Shown: piece after piece, positions 10,129 through 21,953 of the stretch
Position numbering within the stretch: the first letter of the stretch is position 1
Layout of the letters: every line of letters starts with the position of its first letter
Assembly (NCBI GenBank): GCA_039589315.1
Contig: JBDHHQ010000008.1
Span: 45,430-109,429 of the forward strand
Direction of reading: 5' to 3'
Source: Gemmatimonadota bacterium
GTDB taxonomy: Bacteria > Gemmatimonadota > Gemmatimonadetes > Longimicrobiales > Gaopeijiaceae
DNA length: 64,000 bases
Notes under the pieces: model-generated
Told to the model about the DNA's origin: nothing
The model's input: the letters and a program-made list of their open reading frames with translations, nothing else
Databases searched by the model: none
Program-made: the position numbers and the translations under genes

Positions 10129-11138
10129 GTGCAGACCGGAGCCGCCGGTAGCGGTCTCGGGCCCGGGGTCGAATTCGACCGGATTCGGTCGCTCCTGGAG
10201 CAGGCACGCGTGTCTCTGCCTTCCCATGTCCGGGTGGGACCCGGCGACGACGCCGCCGTGGTGGAGGGGACCTCTCTTGTCGTCAGCACCGACCTTTCCG
10301 TCGAGGACGTGCACTTTCGCCGGGACTGGGTCACGCCGGAAGAGATCGGCTTCCGGGCAGTCTCCGCCGCTCTCAGCGACCTCGCCGCCATGGCGGCGTC
10401 CCCCCTGGGCGTGTTGGTTTCGGTAGCACTGCCGGCAAGCGAGGGGACCCGGACATGGGACGAGCTCGGGGCCGGCGTTGCGTCCGCGTGCGAGCGGGCC
10501 CACGCGCCACTTGTGGGCGGCGACCTGTCCGCCTCGCCGGGCCCGCTGGTGCTCGACGTCACCGTGTTGGGACAGGCCGCCTCGCCGGTGCTGCGGTCGG
10601 GCGCGGTACCCGGTGACGAGATCTGGGTCACCGGCGCGCTGGGCGGCTCCGGAGGAGCCGTGCGCCTCTGGGAGGAGGGGCTGCAGCCGCCCGAGGAGCT
10701 CCGGCAGTCGTATGCCCACCCGACGCCCCGGATCGCGGAAGCCAGGTGGTTGGCACGCCAGGGGGATCTTCACGCCCTCATCGACCTGTCGGACGGACTC
10801 CAGGGCGACGCGGCCCACCTGGCGGCGGCGTCCGACGTAGAGGTCACGCTGGACCTCTTCCGACTGCCGGTCCACCCGCGCCTGCGGGGGCTCTTCGGCG
10901 AGCGCGTAGCGACCGAGTTGGCCCTCACCGGGGGCGAGGACTACGAGCTGTGCTTCGCGGCTCCTCCCGGGTCGGTCGAGGGACATGCCGCAGCCTTCCC
11001 GGGCGAGTTCGGCGTGGATCTGACCCGCGTGGGCACCGTTGGGGCGGGATCGGGGGTATACCTTCGCGCCCGTCCCGGTGAGGCGGGCCGGCGCACCGAC
11101 ACCGGTGCCTTCGATCATTTCGCGGGGGACGCGAGCGA

Positions 11139-11142
<4 letters not shown>
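10129..11142 (+). CDS. thiL: Thiamine-monophosphate kinase
   Basis: GPGDDAAV, DVHF, LSDLAAMAA, LVGGD, IDLSDGL and GGEDYEL motifs. Confidence 0.95.
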
Positions 11143-13547
<2,405 letters not shown>

Positions 13548-13586
13548 GCGAGAGGGCCTCTGGCGCGCCCCAGGCGGGTCCAGCAC

Positions 13587-13624
13587 ACGGGCCGCCTCCC
13601 TCGAGGGGAGGCGGCCCGTTCTTC
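13587..13624. terminator. Hairpin terminator between convergent ftsB and SPFH genes
   Basis: Perfect 14-bp stem ACGGGCCGCCTCCC/GGGAGGCGGCCCGT with 5-nt loop, followed by TCTTC. Confidence 0.8.
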
Positions 13625-13671
13625 GGGGTGGCGTGGGCTGGTTGGCAGAGGGTGCGGCGTCGCCCTCCGGC

Positions 13672-14616
13672 TCAGCTGCCTTCCGCCGGCTCCGGATCTC
13701 CATCGGCCGCCGGAGTCTCAGCCGGGTCCCCGCTCTCGCCAACGCCGAGAAGCTGCCGGGCGGACTGGGCCAGGAGTTGCACCTCATCGTCGCTGAGCTG
13801 GGCCACCTCGTCCGGAGACGGCAGCGCGGCCGGGGTGTCGGGAATCCCTCCGCCCTGGACGCCCGTCGCCTTCTCGATGATCGGCTTGAACAGATCGATC
13901 GGGATCGGGAACAGCGTGGTGGAGTTGTTCTCGGCCGCGATCTCCACCACAGTCTGAAGGTAGCGGAGCTGCAGGGCGACGGGATGAGCCGAGATTACCT
14001 TGGCGGCCTCGGCGAGCTGTCGTGACGCCTGGAACTCGCCTTTGGCGGCAATGACCTTTCCCCGGCGCTCTCGCTCCGCCTCGGCCTGCTTGGCCATGGC
14101 CCGCTTCATTTCCTGAGGCAGGTCGATGTCCTTGATCTCCACCGCCGTCACTTCGATGCCCCAGGGATCCGTGCCCTGGTCGATGATCGTTCTCACGACC
14201 TCGTTGATCCGCTCCCGCTCAGCCAGGAGCTCGTCGAGCTCGGATTGGCCGATGACGCTGCGGAGCGTCGTCTGGGCCAATTGGCTGGTGGCGAAGTAGT
14301 AGTCCTCCACTTCGACGACCGCCTTCGCGGGATCGGCGACGCGGAAGTACACCACGGCGTTGACCGTGACGCTCACGTTGTCCTTTGTGATCGTGTCCTG
14401 CGGGTGGATGTCCAGGGCCACGACCCTGAGGTCCATCTTCCGCATCCGTTCGACGCCGAAGGGCACCAGGAAGATCAGGCCGGGCCCCTTCGCCCGGGTA
14501 AGCTTGCCCAGCCGGAAGATGACGCCACGCTCGTATTCGAAGAGAATGCGCAGGCTGGTGAGGAGCGCCGCGCCTCCGAAGATGGCCGCGGGGATGAGAA
14601 TCGTGCCCAGGTCCAT
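13672..14616 (-). CDS. SPFH/band-7 (stomatin/slipin) family protein
   Basis: [37 protein letters not shown] and ALQLRYLQT motifs; ATG 14616 after GGGAGA. Confidence 0.93.
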   Translation of the reverse strand: MDLGTILIPAAIFGGAALLTSLRILFEYERGVIFRLGKLTRAKGPGLIFLVPFGVERMRKMDLRVVALDIHPQDTITKDNVSVTVNAVVYFRVADPAKAVVEVEDYYFATSQLAQTTLRSVIGQSELDELLAERERINEVVRTIIDQGTDPWGIEVTAVEIKDIDLPQEMKRAMAKQAEAERERRGKVIAAKGEFQASRQLAEAAKVISAHPVALQLRYLQTVVEIAAENNSTTLFPIPIDLFKPIIEKATGVQGGGIPDTPAALPSPDEVAQLSDDEVQLLAQSARQLLGVGESGDPAETPAADGDPEPAEGS

Positions 14617-14705
14617 CGTGATCTCCCTGATTGGGGTGTCCGTCGGGTGTCTGATCCGCGAGGAGAGCATGACCCATAACGAAAGCTCACACCCGCCCCA
14701 TCGTC

Positions 14706-14735
14706 TTGACAACCCAACCTGCTAGAACGAGCTTT
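14706..14735 (+). promoter_or_regulatory. Probable promoter of the tRNA gene
   Basis: Consensus TTGACA at 14706-14711, about 40 nt upstream of the tRNA; the -10 element is poor. Confidence 0.45.
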
Positions 14736-14749
14736 TTCCCCACTTCTTC

Positions 14750-14823
14750 GCCGGAGTAGCTCAGTCGGTTAGAGCAGCGGAATCATAATCCGCGTGTCGG
14801 GGGTTCGAGTCCCTCCTCCGGCA
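14750..14823 (+). tRNA. tRNA-Met (CAT), elongator type; CCA not encoded
   Basis: Acceptor stem GCCGGAG/CTCCGGC; D arm GCTC..GAGC; anticodon stem GCGGA/TCCGC with loop ATCATAA; T loop GTTCGAGTC. The G1-C72 pair argues against an initiator tRNA. Confidence 0.95.
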
Positions 14824-14828
14824 TCGGG
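14812..14828 (+). repeat. 17-bp sequence CCTCCTCCGGCATCGGG (tRNA 3' end), repeated at 40715-40731
   Basis: Exact match read directly at both sites; significance uncertain. Confidence 0.5.
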
Positions 14829-15158
14829 GCCGACGCCAGGACCCTCAGGACCGGGACGGCAGCCCCATCCAGGCTGGACCCTCGCGATCGGTCCCATCTC
14901 GACGCTCGTCTGGGGCCGTCCGCCGAGGTCGGGGCCTGGCACGAACCTTCCAACAACAGCGTTCGGCCTCCGCGACCGAGGCCGGAATCGCTGCGCGACG
15001 AAGGCAGGTCCCTCCCTTGGCACGACGCGGTGTCGCGGGGGAGCGACGTTCGTGCTGCGCTCACGCAACGTAGTCGAGGCGCTGTCGACACTCGAACGCT
15101 ACGTCCTGGGTCGCGCCGGGGTCGTGCCCCCTGCGTTCGAAGTCAGCAAAAGGAGCTC

Positions 15159-17897
15159 ATGGCACATACCCCGAACCCTCCCAGGCCGGAGCTCCTGGAG
15201 GCGACTGTTCCCGGGGCTCCGGCGCCCCCCGCCGTACCCTCCGTCAGCACCTCCAGACCCTGGGTCCCCCCGTCCGCGGCCCTACCGCACGGCGGTGGGA
15301 TCGGCGTCGAGGCCAGCCAGCAGCGAGACTACGTCCGGCTCACGGGAGCGCGGCCGGCAGTCACGGGCCGCTTCTTCCACACGAATGGCAGGAAGACCTA
15401 CCTGACCGGCGTGACCTATGGGACCTTCCGACCCCGAGGGGACGGAACGGACTATCCCGAGCCCGACGTCGTCGACCGGGACTTCCAGGTGATGCGGGCC
15501 GCCGGCTTGACCTCGGTCAGGACCTATACGCCGCCGCCGGGCTGGTTGCTGGACCTCGCCGCCGAGAACGGGCTCCTCGTCATGGTGGGGCTCCCGTGGA
15601 CCCAGCACGTGACGTTCCTCGACGACCGCCGGGTGGTACGGCAGATCCGCAAGCAGGTGCGTGACGGAGCCCGACGCATCGCCGGCCATCCGGCGCTGCT
15701 CGGGTTCGCGGTGGGGAACGAGATTCCGGCCCCGATCGTCCGCTGGCATGGGCGGGGGAAGGTGGAGCGGTTCATTTCCCACCTCCACGACATCGCCAAG
15801 TCCGAAGATCCCGACGCGCTGGTCACGTACGTCAACTATCCGACCACCGAGTACCTGGAGCTCCCGTTTCTCGACTTCGTCTCCTTCAACGTCTACCTCG
15901 AGACGCGCGGCCGCCTCGAGGCCTACCTGGCGCGCCTGCACAACCTCGCAGGCGAGCGCCCTTTGGTGATGGCTGAGATCGGTCTGGACAGCCTGCGCAA
16001 CGGTCGGGAGCGACAAGCGGAGGCCCTGCGCTGGCAGCTGGAAGCGGTGCTGGGGTCCGGATGCGCCGGCGCGTATGTCTTCGCCTGGACGGACGAATGG
16101 CATCGCGGCGGGCTCGACATTCACGACTGGGACTTCGGACTCACGGCTCGGGATCGCACGCCCAAGCCGGCCCTGACCGCCGTGGCGGAGGCCTTCGCCC
16201 GAGCGCCTATCGACACGCGGGAGCGCCTACCGCGGATCTCGGTCGTCGTCTGCACCCATAACGGGAGCCGGACGATCAGGCAGGCCCTACGGCACCTCGC
16301 CGCGCTGGACTACCCGGACTTCGAAGTGATCGTGGTGGACGACGGCTCGACGGACGGGACTCTCGAGATCGTCCGGGAGTTCGACGTACGGGTCGTGTCT
16401 ACGGAGAATCGGGGGCTCAGCAGCGCCCGCAATACAGGGGCGGAGGTGGCCACGGGCGAGATCGTGGCCTACATCGACGATGACGCCTATCCCGAGGCTC
16501 ACTGGCTGCACTATCTGGGCAAGGCCTTTCGGGAATCGGACTACGCGGCAGTCGGAGGGCCCAACGTCCTGCCCCCGGGGTCTCCCATGGTGGCGGAGTG
16601 TGTGAAGCACGCTCCCGGGGGGCCCACGCACGTTCTGCTCACAGACCAGGTGGCGGAGCATCTGCCCGGCTGCAATCTGGCCGTGCGGCGGGACCGCTTG
16701 GCCGAGGTGGGTGGCTTCGACCCTCAGTTCCGGGCCGCCGGCGACGACGTGGACCTGTGCTGGCGTCTGCAGCAGAATGGGTGGGAGCTGGGCTTTCACG
16801 CTGGAGCCGTCGTGTATCACCACTCGCGGGCTTCGGTGCGGGACTACTGGCGGCAGCAGCGGGGCTACGGGAAGGCAGAGGCGCTCCTGGAGCGCAAGTG
16901 GCCCGAGAAGTACAACGCGGCCGGCCACCTGTCCTGGGGCGGGCGCCTCTATGGACCGGGGTTCTACCACCACCTGGGGTGGAGTCCACCCCGTGTCTAC
17001 TACGGGACCTGGGGCAACGCACCCTTCCAGAGGCTCTACCATCCCAGCTCGAACTTCATGCTTTCGGTGGTGATGGTACCGGAGTGGCATCTGGCCACGA
17101 CCACCTTGGCGCTGCTCTCTCTGTTGGGCTTCCTCTGGGCGCCGCTTCTCTGGGCCATACCGGCTTTGCTGGTCGCCCTGCTGCTGCCCCTCGCGCAAGC
17201 CCTTCGCGCCACGGTCCGATCGGGCAGGGACCGCGCGCCCAACGGGGCGTGGAGTCAACTCCGCTTCTTCGGCACGACGGCGTTTCTCCATCTGACGCAG
17301 CCGTTCGTTCGGCTGTGGGGACGCTTCCATGAGGGGTTGACCCCATGGCGACGCCGAGGGCACGGCCGCGCCTCGTTCCCTCGACCACGGACCGTATCCC
17401 TCTGGAGCGAGGCGTGGCGGTCGCCGGAGGAGTGGCTGCGGCGGGCGGAGGCACGGCTGCGAGCCGTCGGGCTCGTGCCTCGGCGCGGGGACTGGCACGA
17501 CCGCTGGGACCTCGAGGTCGGCGCGGGCCTGTGGGGCGGCGCCAGGACCGTCATGACCGTGGAGGAGCACGGTGCCGGGCGGCAGTTCGTGCGCTTCCGC
17601 CTCTGGCCAGTCGTCAGGTCCAGAGTGATCTGGGCGACTGCGCTCGGGTTGTTGGCGCTCGGCGTGCTAGCGTCGCTGGACGCTGCGCTGGGGGCTTCCC
17701 TCGGACTGCTCGTGCTCGCCCTGACCGTCGCCTCCTGGATCCTCCGGAGCTGCGCGTCCGTGAGCGGTTCGATGCTCCAGGCCTTGCAGTCCCTGGCTCC
17801 TGATCTCGAGACCGAACCGCAGCAGGGGTCAGCGATGAGCGACTCCCTGTCCCCGGTCGGACGGGCCATGGGATCGTCGGAGGCCCAGGGGGTCTGA
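15159..17897 (+). CDS. Fusion of clan GH-A (GH2-like) TIM barrel, GT2 glycosyltransferase and C-terminal TM helices
   Basis: GH part: SVRTY, VGNEIP, VSFNVY, MAEIG, FAWTDEW. GT2 part: ISVVVCTHN, VVDDGSTD, YIDDD, GDDVD, WRQQRGYG. Hydrophobic C-terminus; AGGAG RBS before ATG 15159. Confidence 0.88.
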   Translation: MAHTPNPPRPELLEATVPGAPAPPAVPSVSTSRPWVPPSAALPHGGGIGVEASQQRDYVRLTGARPAVTGRFFHTNGRKTYLTGVTYGTFRPRGDGTDYPEPDVVDRDFQVMRAAGLTSVRTYTPPPGWLLDLAAENGLLVMVGLPWTQHVTFLDDRRVVRQIRKQVRDGARRIAGHPALLGFAVGNEIPAPIVRWHGRGKVERFISHLHDIAKSEDPDALVTYVNYPTTEYLELPFLDFVSFNVYLETRGRLEAYLARLHNLAGERPLVMAEIGLDSLRNGRERQAEALRWQLEAVLGSGCAGAYVFAWTDEWHRGGLDIHDWDFGLTARDRTPKPALTAVAEAFARAPIDTRERLPRISVVVCTHNGSRTIRQALRHLAALDYPDFEVIVVDDGSTDGTLEIVREFDVRVVSTENRGLSSARNTGAEVATGEIVAYIDDDAYPEAHWLHYLGKAFRESDYAAVGGPNVLPPGSPMVAECVKHAPGGPTHVLLTDQVAEHLPGCNLAVRRDRLAEVGGFDPQFRAAGDDVDLCWRLQQNGWELGFHAGAVVYHHSRASVRDYWRQQRGYGKAEALLERKWPEKYNAAGHLSWGGRLYGPGFYHHLGWSPPRVYYGTWGNAPFQRLYHPSSNFMLSVVMVPEWHLATTTLALLSLLGFLWAPLLWAIPALLVALLLPLAQALRATVRSGRDRAPNGAWSQLRFFGTTAFLHLTQPFVRLWGRFHEGLTPWRRRGHGRASFPRPRTVSLWSEAWRSPEEWLRRAEARLRAVGLVPRRGDWHDRWDLEVGAGLWGGARTVMTVEEHGAGRQFVRFRLWPVVRSRVIWATALGLLALGVLASLDAALGASLGLLVLALTVASWILRSCASVSGSMLQALQSLAPDLETEPQQGSAMSDSLSPVGRAMGSSEAQGV

Positions 17898-18261
17898 GGC
17901 TCGTGGGCCACGGAGCCAACCGCCCGGCGGGGCGCCGGTCCAGGGGCTCCGTGGCGGCGCAGCGGGCGATGTCCCCGGTCTGGGGCCGGTTGCAGGTACA
18001 CCCTCACGACGCGTTCCAACCGGACGGCCGACGGTCGGTGGAAGCGGCCCTGGAGGACGACTATGTTGGGGCGTTCTCCTCGGTCCCACACCGATTCGAT
18101 TCTCCTGTGCCTGATGATATCGGGCGTACGGGGGCGCCGCACCGAATGCACAGTCCCTTCCGGGAGCGCCGTCCCGGCACACTCCCGTATGGCTCGAAGC
18201 GGGCATGGACCGGGGGTAGGCGTCGCTTGGAGGACGTCGCGCGTGGGGAGGTGCCGGGCGA

Positions 18262-19566
18262 ATGAGCCTGGATCGGCTGACCGCATGGCGAGTGGTGGCG
18301 CTCGGGGGGTCTCTCGTGGCCGCCCTGGCGGTCACCACGCGTCCAGCCCCGGCTCAGGAAGCGGCGGGGGCCGCCGCCGTCCGCGTCTTCCTGGACTGCC
18401 AGACCCGCGGCTGCGACTTCGACCACTTCCGCCGTGAGATCCGTTTCGTCAACTGGGTCATCGATCGCGCGGACGGTGACGTTCACGTCCTGATCACCTC
18501 CCAGGCATCGGGGGCGGGGCGCGCTTTCACGTTGGCGTTCATCGGCCTTGGAAGGTTCGAGGGAGATGACGCCGAGCTCATCTTCAACGCGTCCGACACG
18601 GACACGTCGGACGAGCAGCGGGGGGGGCTTACCCGGGCCATCGAGCTCGGACTGGTGCGTTACGCCAGTCAGACGCCACTGGCCGACCGTCTTTCCGTCA
18701 CGTTTCAGCCCGTCGACTCCGGCGCGGTGCGGCTCACCGCCGGCGAGACGCAGATCTACGACCCGTGGGACTACTGGGTCTTCCGCATCAGCGCCGGAGG
18801 TGAGTACAACGGCGAATCCCAGCAGCGCGGGACGAGCCTGTTCGGGTCTGTCTCGATAAACCGGACCACCGAGGCCCTCAAGATCCGTCTGAACGCTTCG
18901 ATCTTCTACCGGGAGGACCAGTTCGATTTCGAGGACGAGACGTTCACCAGCATCGCCCGCTCCAACAGCGCCAGCGCGTACGCCGCACACAGCATCGGGG
19001 CGCAGTTCGCCACCGGGTTGCGGTGGGATATCTGGTCGTCGACGTTCTCCAACATCGACGTGGCCAACCGCCTGGCCTGGGCGTTCGAGTACAACGTGTT
19101 CCCATACTCGGCGTCGACCCGTCGCGAGCTCACCTTCCTCTATACCGTCGGCGTAAACGACTTCGGGTACCTGGAGACCACGATCTACGACAAGCTCGAA
19201 GAGCAGGTCGCAGATCACGCGCTGATCGTGTCGTTGGACCTGAAGCAGCCGTGGGGCGATGCGAGGTTCGAGCTCACGGGGCGACAGTACCTCCACGACG
19301 CGTCTCTCTACAGGATCTCGGGCGCCACCGGTGTGGAGGTGCGGCTCTTTCGTGGGCTCTCGTTGGACGTCTCGGGTTGGTACGCGGCCGTCAGGGACCA
19401 ACTCTCGCTGCGGGCTGGGGACGCATCGCCCGAAGAGATCCTGCTCTTCAGGCGAGAGCTGGCCACCGACTTCCGCGTGGGCACGTCGCTCGGCCTGACG
19501 TATCGTTTCGGCTCCATCTTCAACAACGTCGTGAACCCCAGGCTGAACGAATTCCGGCGGCCCTGA
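18262..19566 (+). CDS. Secreted hypothetical protein, probable outer-membrane beta-barrel
   Basis: Signal peptide ending APA-QE; N-domain with LDCQTRGCD; C-terminal part of alternating amphipathic, aromatic-rich strands ending LGLTYRFG. Confidence 0.65.
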   Translation: MSLDRLTAWRVVALGGSLVAALAVTTRPAPAQEAAGAAAVRVFLDCQTRGCDFDHFRREIRFVNWVIDRADGDVHVLITSQASGAGRAFTLAFIGLGRFEGDDAELIFNASDTDTSDEQRGGLTRAIELGLVRYASQTPLADRLSVTFQPVDSGAVRLTAGETQIYDPWDYWVFRISAGGEYNGESQQRGTSLFGSVSINRTTEALKIRLNASIFYREDQFDFEDETFTSIARSNSASAYAAHSIGAQFATGLRWDIWSSTFSNIDVANRLAWAFEYNVFPYSASTRRELTFLYTVGVNDFGYLETTIYDKLEEQVADHALIVSLDLKQPWGDARFELTGRQYLHDASLYRISGATGVEVRLFRGLSLDVSGWYAAVRDQLSLRAGDASPEEILLFRRELATDFRVGTSLGLTYRFGSIFNNVVNPRLNEFRRP

Positions 19567-19791
19567 CGGGACCTCCCGATCATGGTCCGTCTCTTGCTTC
19601 GTTCGTGGGTCGGCCGGCGGTACGGGTCCCGGGGCGGGGGACGGGAATGTCTCCTCCCGGGCAGGAGGATCGCGAGACCGGCTCCACTGGAGTGTAGTCC
19701 GCTGCTCCCGGAGGCAACGCAGGAGAATGAAGGCTCCCGGATGGGGCCCGTTGGGCCGGGGCAGGGCCGGTCCCTAGTCGGAGGCGCAGCC

Positions 19792-20853
19792 ATGGCACGA
19801 ACGAACTCCCCGATCGACTCCCGGCGGCCCGTCGTCGTTCCGGATCCCCTCAGCGACGCCGATCTCCTGGCGGCGATCCGGCAGCATCTTCCTGGGCAGG
19901 GCCCGCATGCGATACGGGGGCGGCGTACCTTCAAGCGCCGGCAGGATTGGCGGGGCTACCGCTTGTTCGAGCGCGTGAAGGTCGACCGCCCGGGCGCGAT
20001 CCCGCTGGAGCTCTGCCTCAAGTACCTCACGGCGGCCACCGGCTCGGGCCCGGCGACGGGCGCTTCGCAGGAAGCCCGCGCATACGAGTTTCTCAACGGC
20101 CTGCCGAGGGCCGGTGCGGCCCGCTACTTCGGACAGGTCCACATGCCGGAAGCCGGACATTCGATCCTGATTCTCGAGTATGTGCACGGTAGGCGCCTCA
20201 AGAAGGTCACGAACGCCGACAGCTGGTCTGCGGTGGCCTCGTGGCTCGGCCGACTGCACGCGGAGCTTGCAGGGTCCGGCCTGAGCCACCGCGAGGATCT
20301 GGAGCTGCCCCGGCACGACGAGGGTTTCTTCCTCGGCTGGGCGGAGCGTGCCGCACGGAGCGCCGTGGAGCGCTGCCCGGAGGCCCGCACCCGGTTGGAC
20401 GGCCTCCTCCAGGACTACGGCCGGGTCGCGGGGCCGCTCGCGAGCGCGAAGCCGACGCTGGTCCATGGGGAGCTCTATTGCACGAACATCATGATCCGGA
20501 ACGACGCTCACCATTGCCGAGTCTGTCCCTTCGACTGGGAGACAGCCGCGATCGGGTGCGGTACGCTCGACCTCGCCTACCTCGGGCGCCAGGAGCTGGG
20601 AATCGAGCGGGAGGACCTGCTGGCCGCGTACGCCCGCGGCTGGGCCGACGTGGCGGTCCGGCCACCCAGCATGCCGACGCTACGGATTCAGCATGCCGCC
20701 GCGCTCGTGCACGAACGCGCATACCTCCTGTGGACCGCGGTTGTGCACCGGCGGGTGCCGGGGACGAAGATCCTGAAGTACCTCGACATCCTGGAGCGTC
20801 TCATGACCGACCTGAAGGCGGCAGGTGGCCAGCCGGGGGCGCTTTCCGGATGA
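19792..20853 (+). CDS. APH/choline-kinase-like phosphotransferase K1 (HGE variant)
   Basis: LILEYV hinge, TLVHGELYCTNI, FDWETA and LDLAYL motifs; ATG 19792 after GGAGG. Confidence 0.8.
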   Translation: MARTNSPIDSRRPVVVPDPLSDADLLAAIRQHLPGQGPHAIRGRRTFKRRQDWRGYRLFERVKVDRPGAIPLELCLKYLTAATGSGPATGASQEARAYEFLNGLPRAGAARYFGQVHMPEAGHSILILEYVHGRRLKKVTNADSWSAVASWLGRLHAELAGSGLSHREDLELPRHDEGFFLGWAERAARSAVERCPEARTRLDGLLQDYGRVAGPLASAKPTLVHGELYCTNIMIRNDAHHCRVCPFDWETAAIGCGTLDLAYLGRQELGIEREDLLAAYARGWADVAVRPPSMPTLRIQHAAALVHERAYLLWTAVVHRRVPGTKILKYLDILERLMTDLKAAGGQPGALSG

Positions 20854-20911
20854 AGCCGGCCGACGCGGGGTATCGGTAGTGGGCGGCGACGACTGGGCCT
20901 CGGTCGAGGGA

Positions 20912-21949
20912 GTGGGCCGAAGATCCAAGTCCTGGCGGCCTGACGACATCGAGGTGGACGAAGCGACGCTGGGCGCCTCGGTTGCCAGGGCGCTGACCGA
21001 ACGGTGCGGCCGGCCCGTACGCGTCACGTCCCTGGTTCGACGGCCCAGTCCCTACGCCACGGTGTTCCCGGCAGACGTCGTCGAGGTGCGCTTGGCCGAC
21101 GGGGGTGCGAAGACGCTGTTCGTCAAATACCTGGGGACGGAGGAAGGAGACCACCCCGACAAGCTCGGGCCGGAGCGAGAGATCGGCCTGTACCGGGACA
21201 TCCTCGACGGAGAAGGCCTACCGGTCGTGCGATGCTACGGTGCGCCCTGGGACACGCGCCTGGGCCGCTACCAGTTGTTGCTGGAGCACGTGAACGACTG
21301 GAACTTGAAGTACCACGACCTGTCCGCCTGGTACCGGGCCGCCCACGAGCTCGGTCGGCTCCACGCCTGGTTCGCCCAGCGCGTGCCGATGCTCGAGAAG
21401 TGCGGCGTGCTGACCCGGCTGGACGGAGCCTACGTTTGGGGGTGGGCCCGCCGTGCCGGGGAGGAAGCGGCGCGACGGGGGCCGATCCTCCGCAACCGCC
21501 TGCAGGATCTGCTACGTGGGTATCATCCGGTGCCCGCTACCCTGGAGGCGGCGCCCGCCACCCTGGTCCACAACGACTTGTCGCCGAAGAACGTGATTGC
21601 CGACCGCTCCCAGGAGCCCGCCCGCATCTGCCTCGTGGACTGGGAGAGCGCCGGGATCGGCTGCGGTCTCCTCGACCTGACCAACCTGTCCTACGGACTG
21701 GACGAGGAGGCTCAGACTCGCATGCGGGAGTCGTACCGGACCGGGCTTACCGCCGCGGGGGCCGAGGCTCCGGAGGGCAACGACGTGGCCCGTCAGGCCT
21801 TGGCGAGCGAGGCCCACAAGGCACTCTGGCGTTTGGCCCACTGCGGCGTGTGGGATCTTCCGGAGAAGGCCGTACACGGGTTCGCAGCCGAGGCCGAGGC
21901 GGCCCTGCGGGCTCTGCTCGCTCCGGTACCGGACCTCGGGGAGCGTTGA
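20912..21949 (+). CDS. APH/choline-kinase-like phosphotransferase K2
   Basis: LFVK, LLLEHV, TLVHNDLSPKNV and VDWESAG motifs; start uncertain (20825-20912). Confidence 0.85.
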   Translation: MGRRSKSWRPDDIEVDEATLGASVARALTERCGRPVRVTSLVRRPSPYATVFPADVVEVRLADGGAKTLFVKYLGTEEGDHPDKLGPEREIGLYRDILDGEGLPVVRCYGAPWDTRLGRYQLLLEHVNDWNLKYHDLSAWYRAAHELGRLHAWFAQRVPMLEKCGVLTRLDGAYVWGWARRAGEEAARRGPILRNRLQDLLRGYHPVPATLEAAPATLVHNDLSPKNVIADRSQEPARICLVDWESAGIGCGLLDLTNLSYGLDEEAQTRMRESYRTGLTAAGAEAPEGNDVARQALASEAHKALWRLAHCGVWDLPEKAVHGFAAEAEAALRALLAPVPDLGER

Positions 21950-21953
21950 TCCG

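Noticed and set aside
14750..14823. tRNA could be initiator Met or Ile2 (TilS substrate)
   Set aside because: The G1-C72 pair and the lack of three consecutive G-C pairs next to the anticodon loop exclude an initiator. The sequence resembles elongator Met; Ile2 is less likely but would need an isotype-specific covariance model to exclude.
14769..15405. ORFs overlapping the tRNA (for example, one ending GGGTRTPDTRIMIPLL)
   Set aside because: Typical spurious translations of a tRNA gene and its flanks.
17903..18265. 120-aa ORF between the GH/GT2 fusion and the barrel gene
   Set aside because: Arg/Gly/Pro-rich, no clear RBS and no motif; treated as intergenic, although a small gene cannot be excluded.
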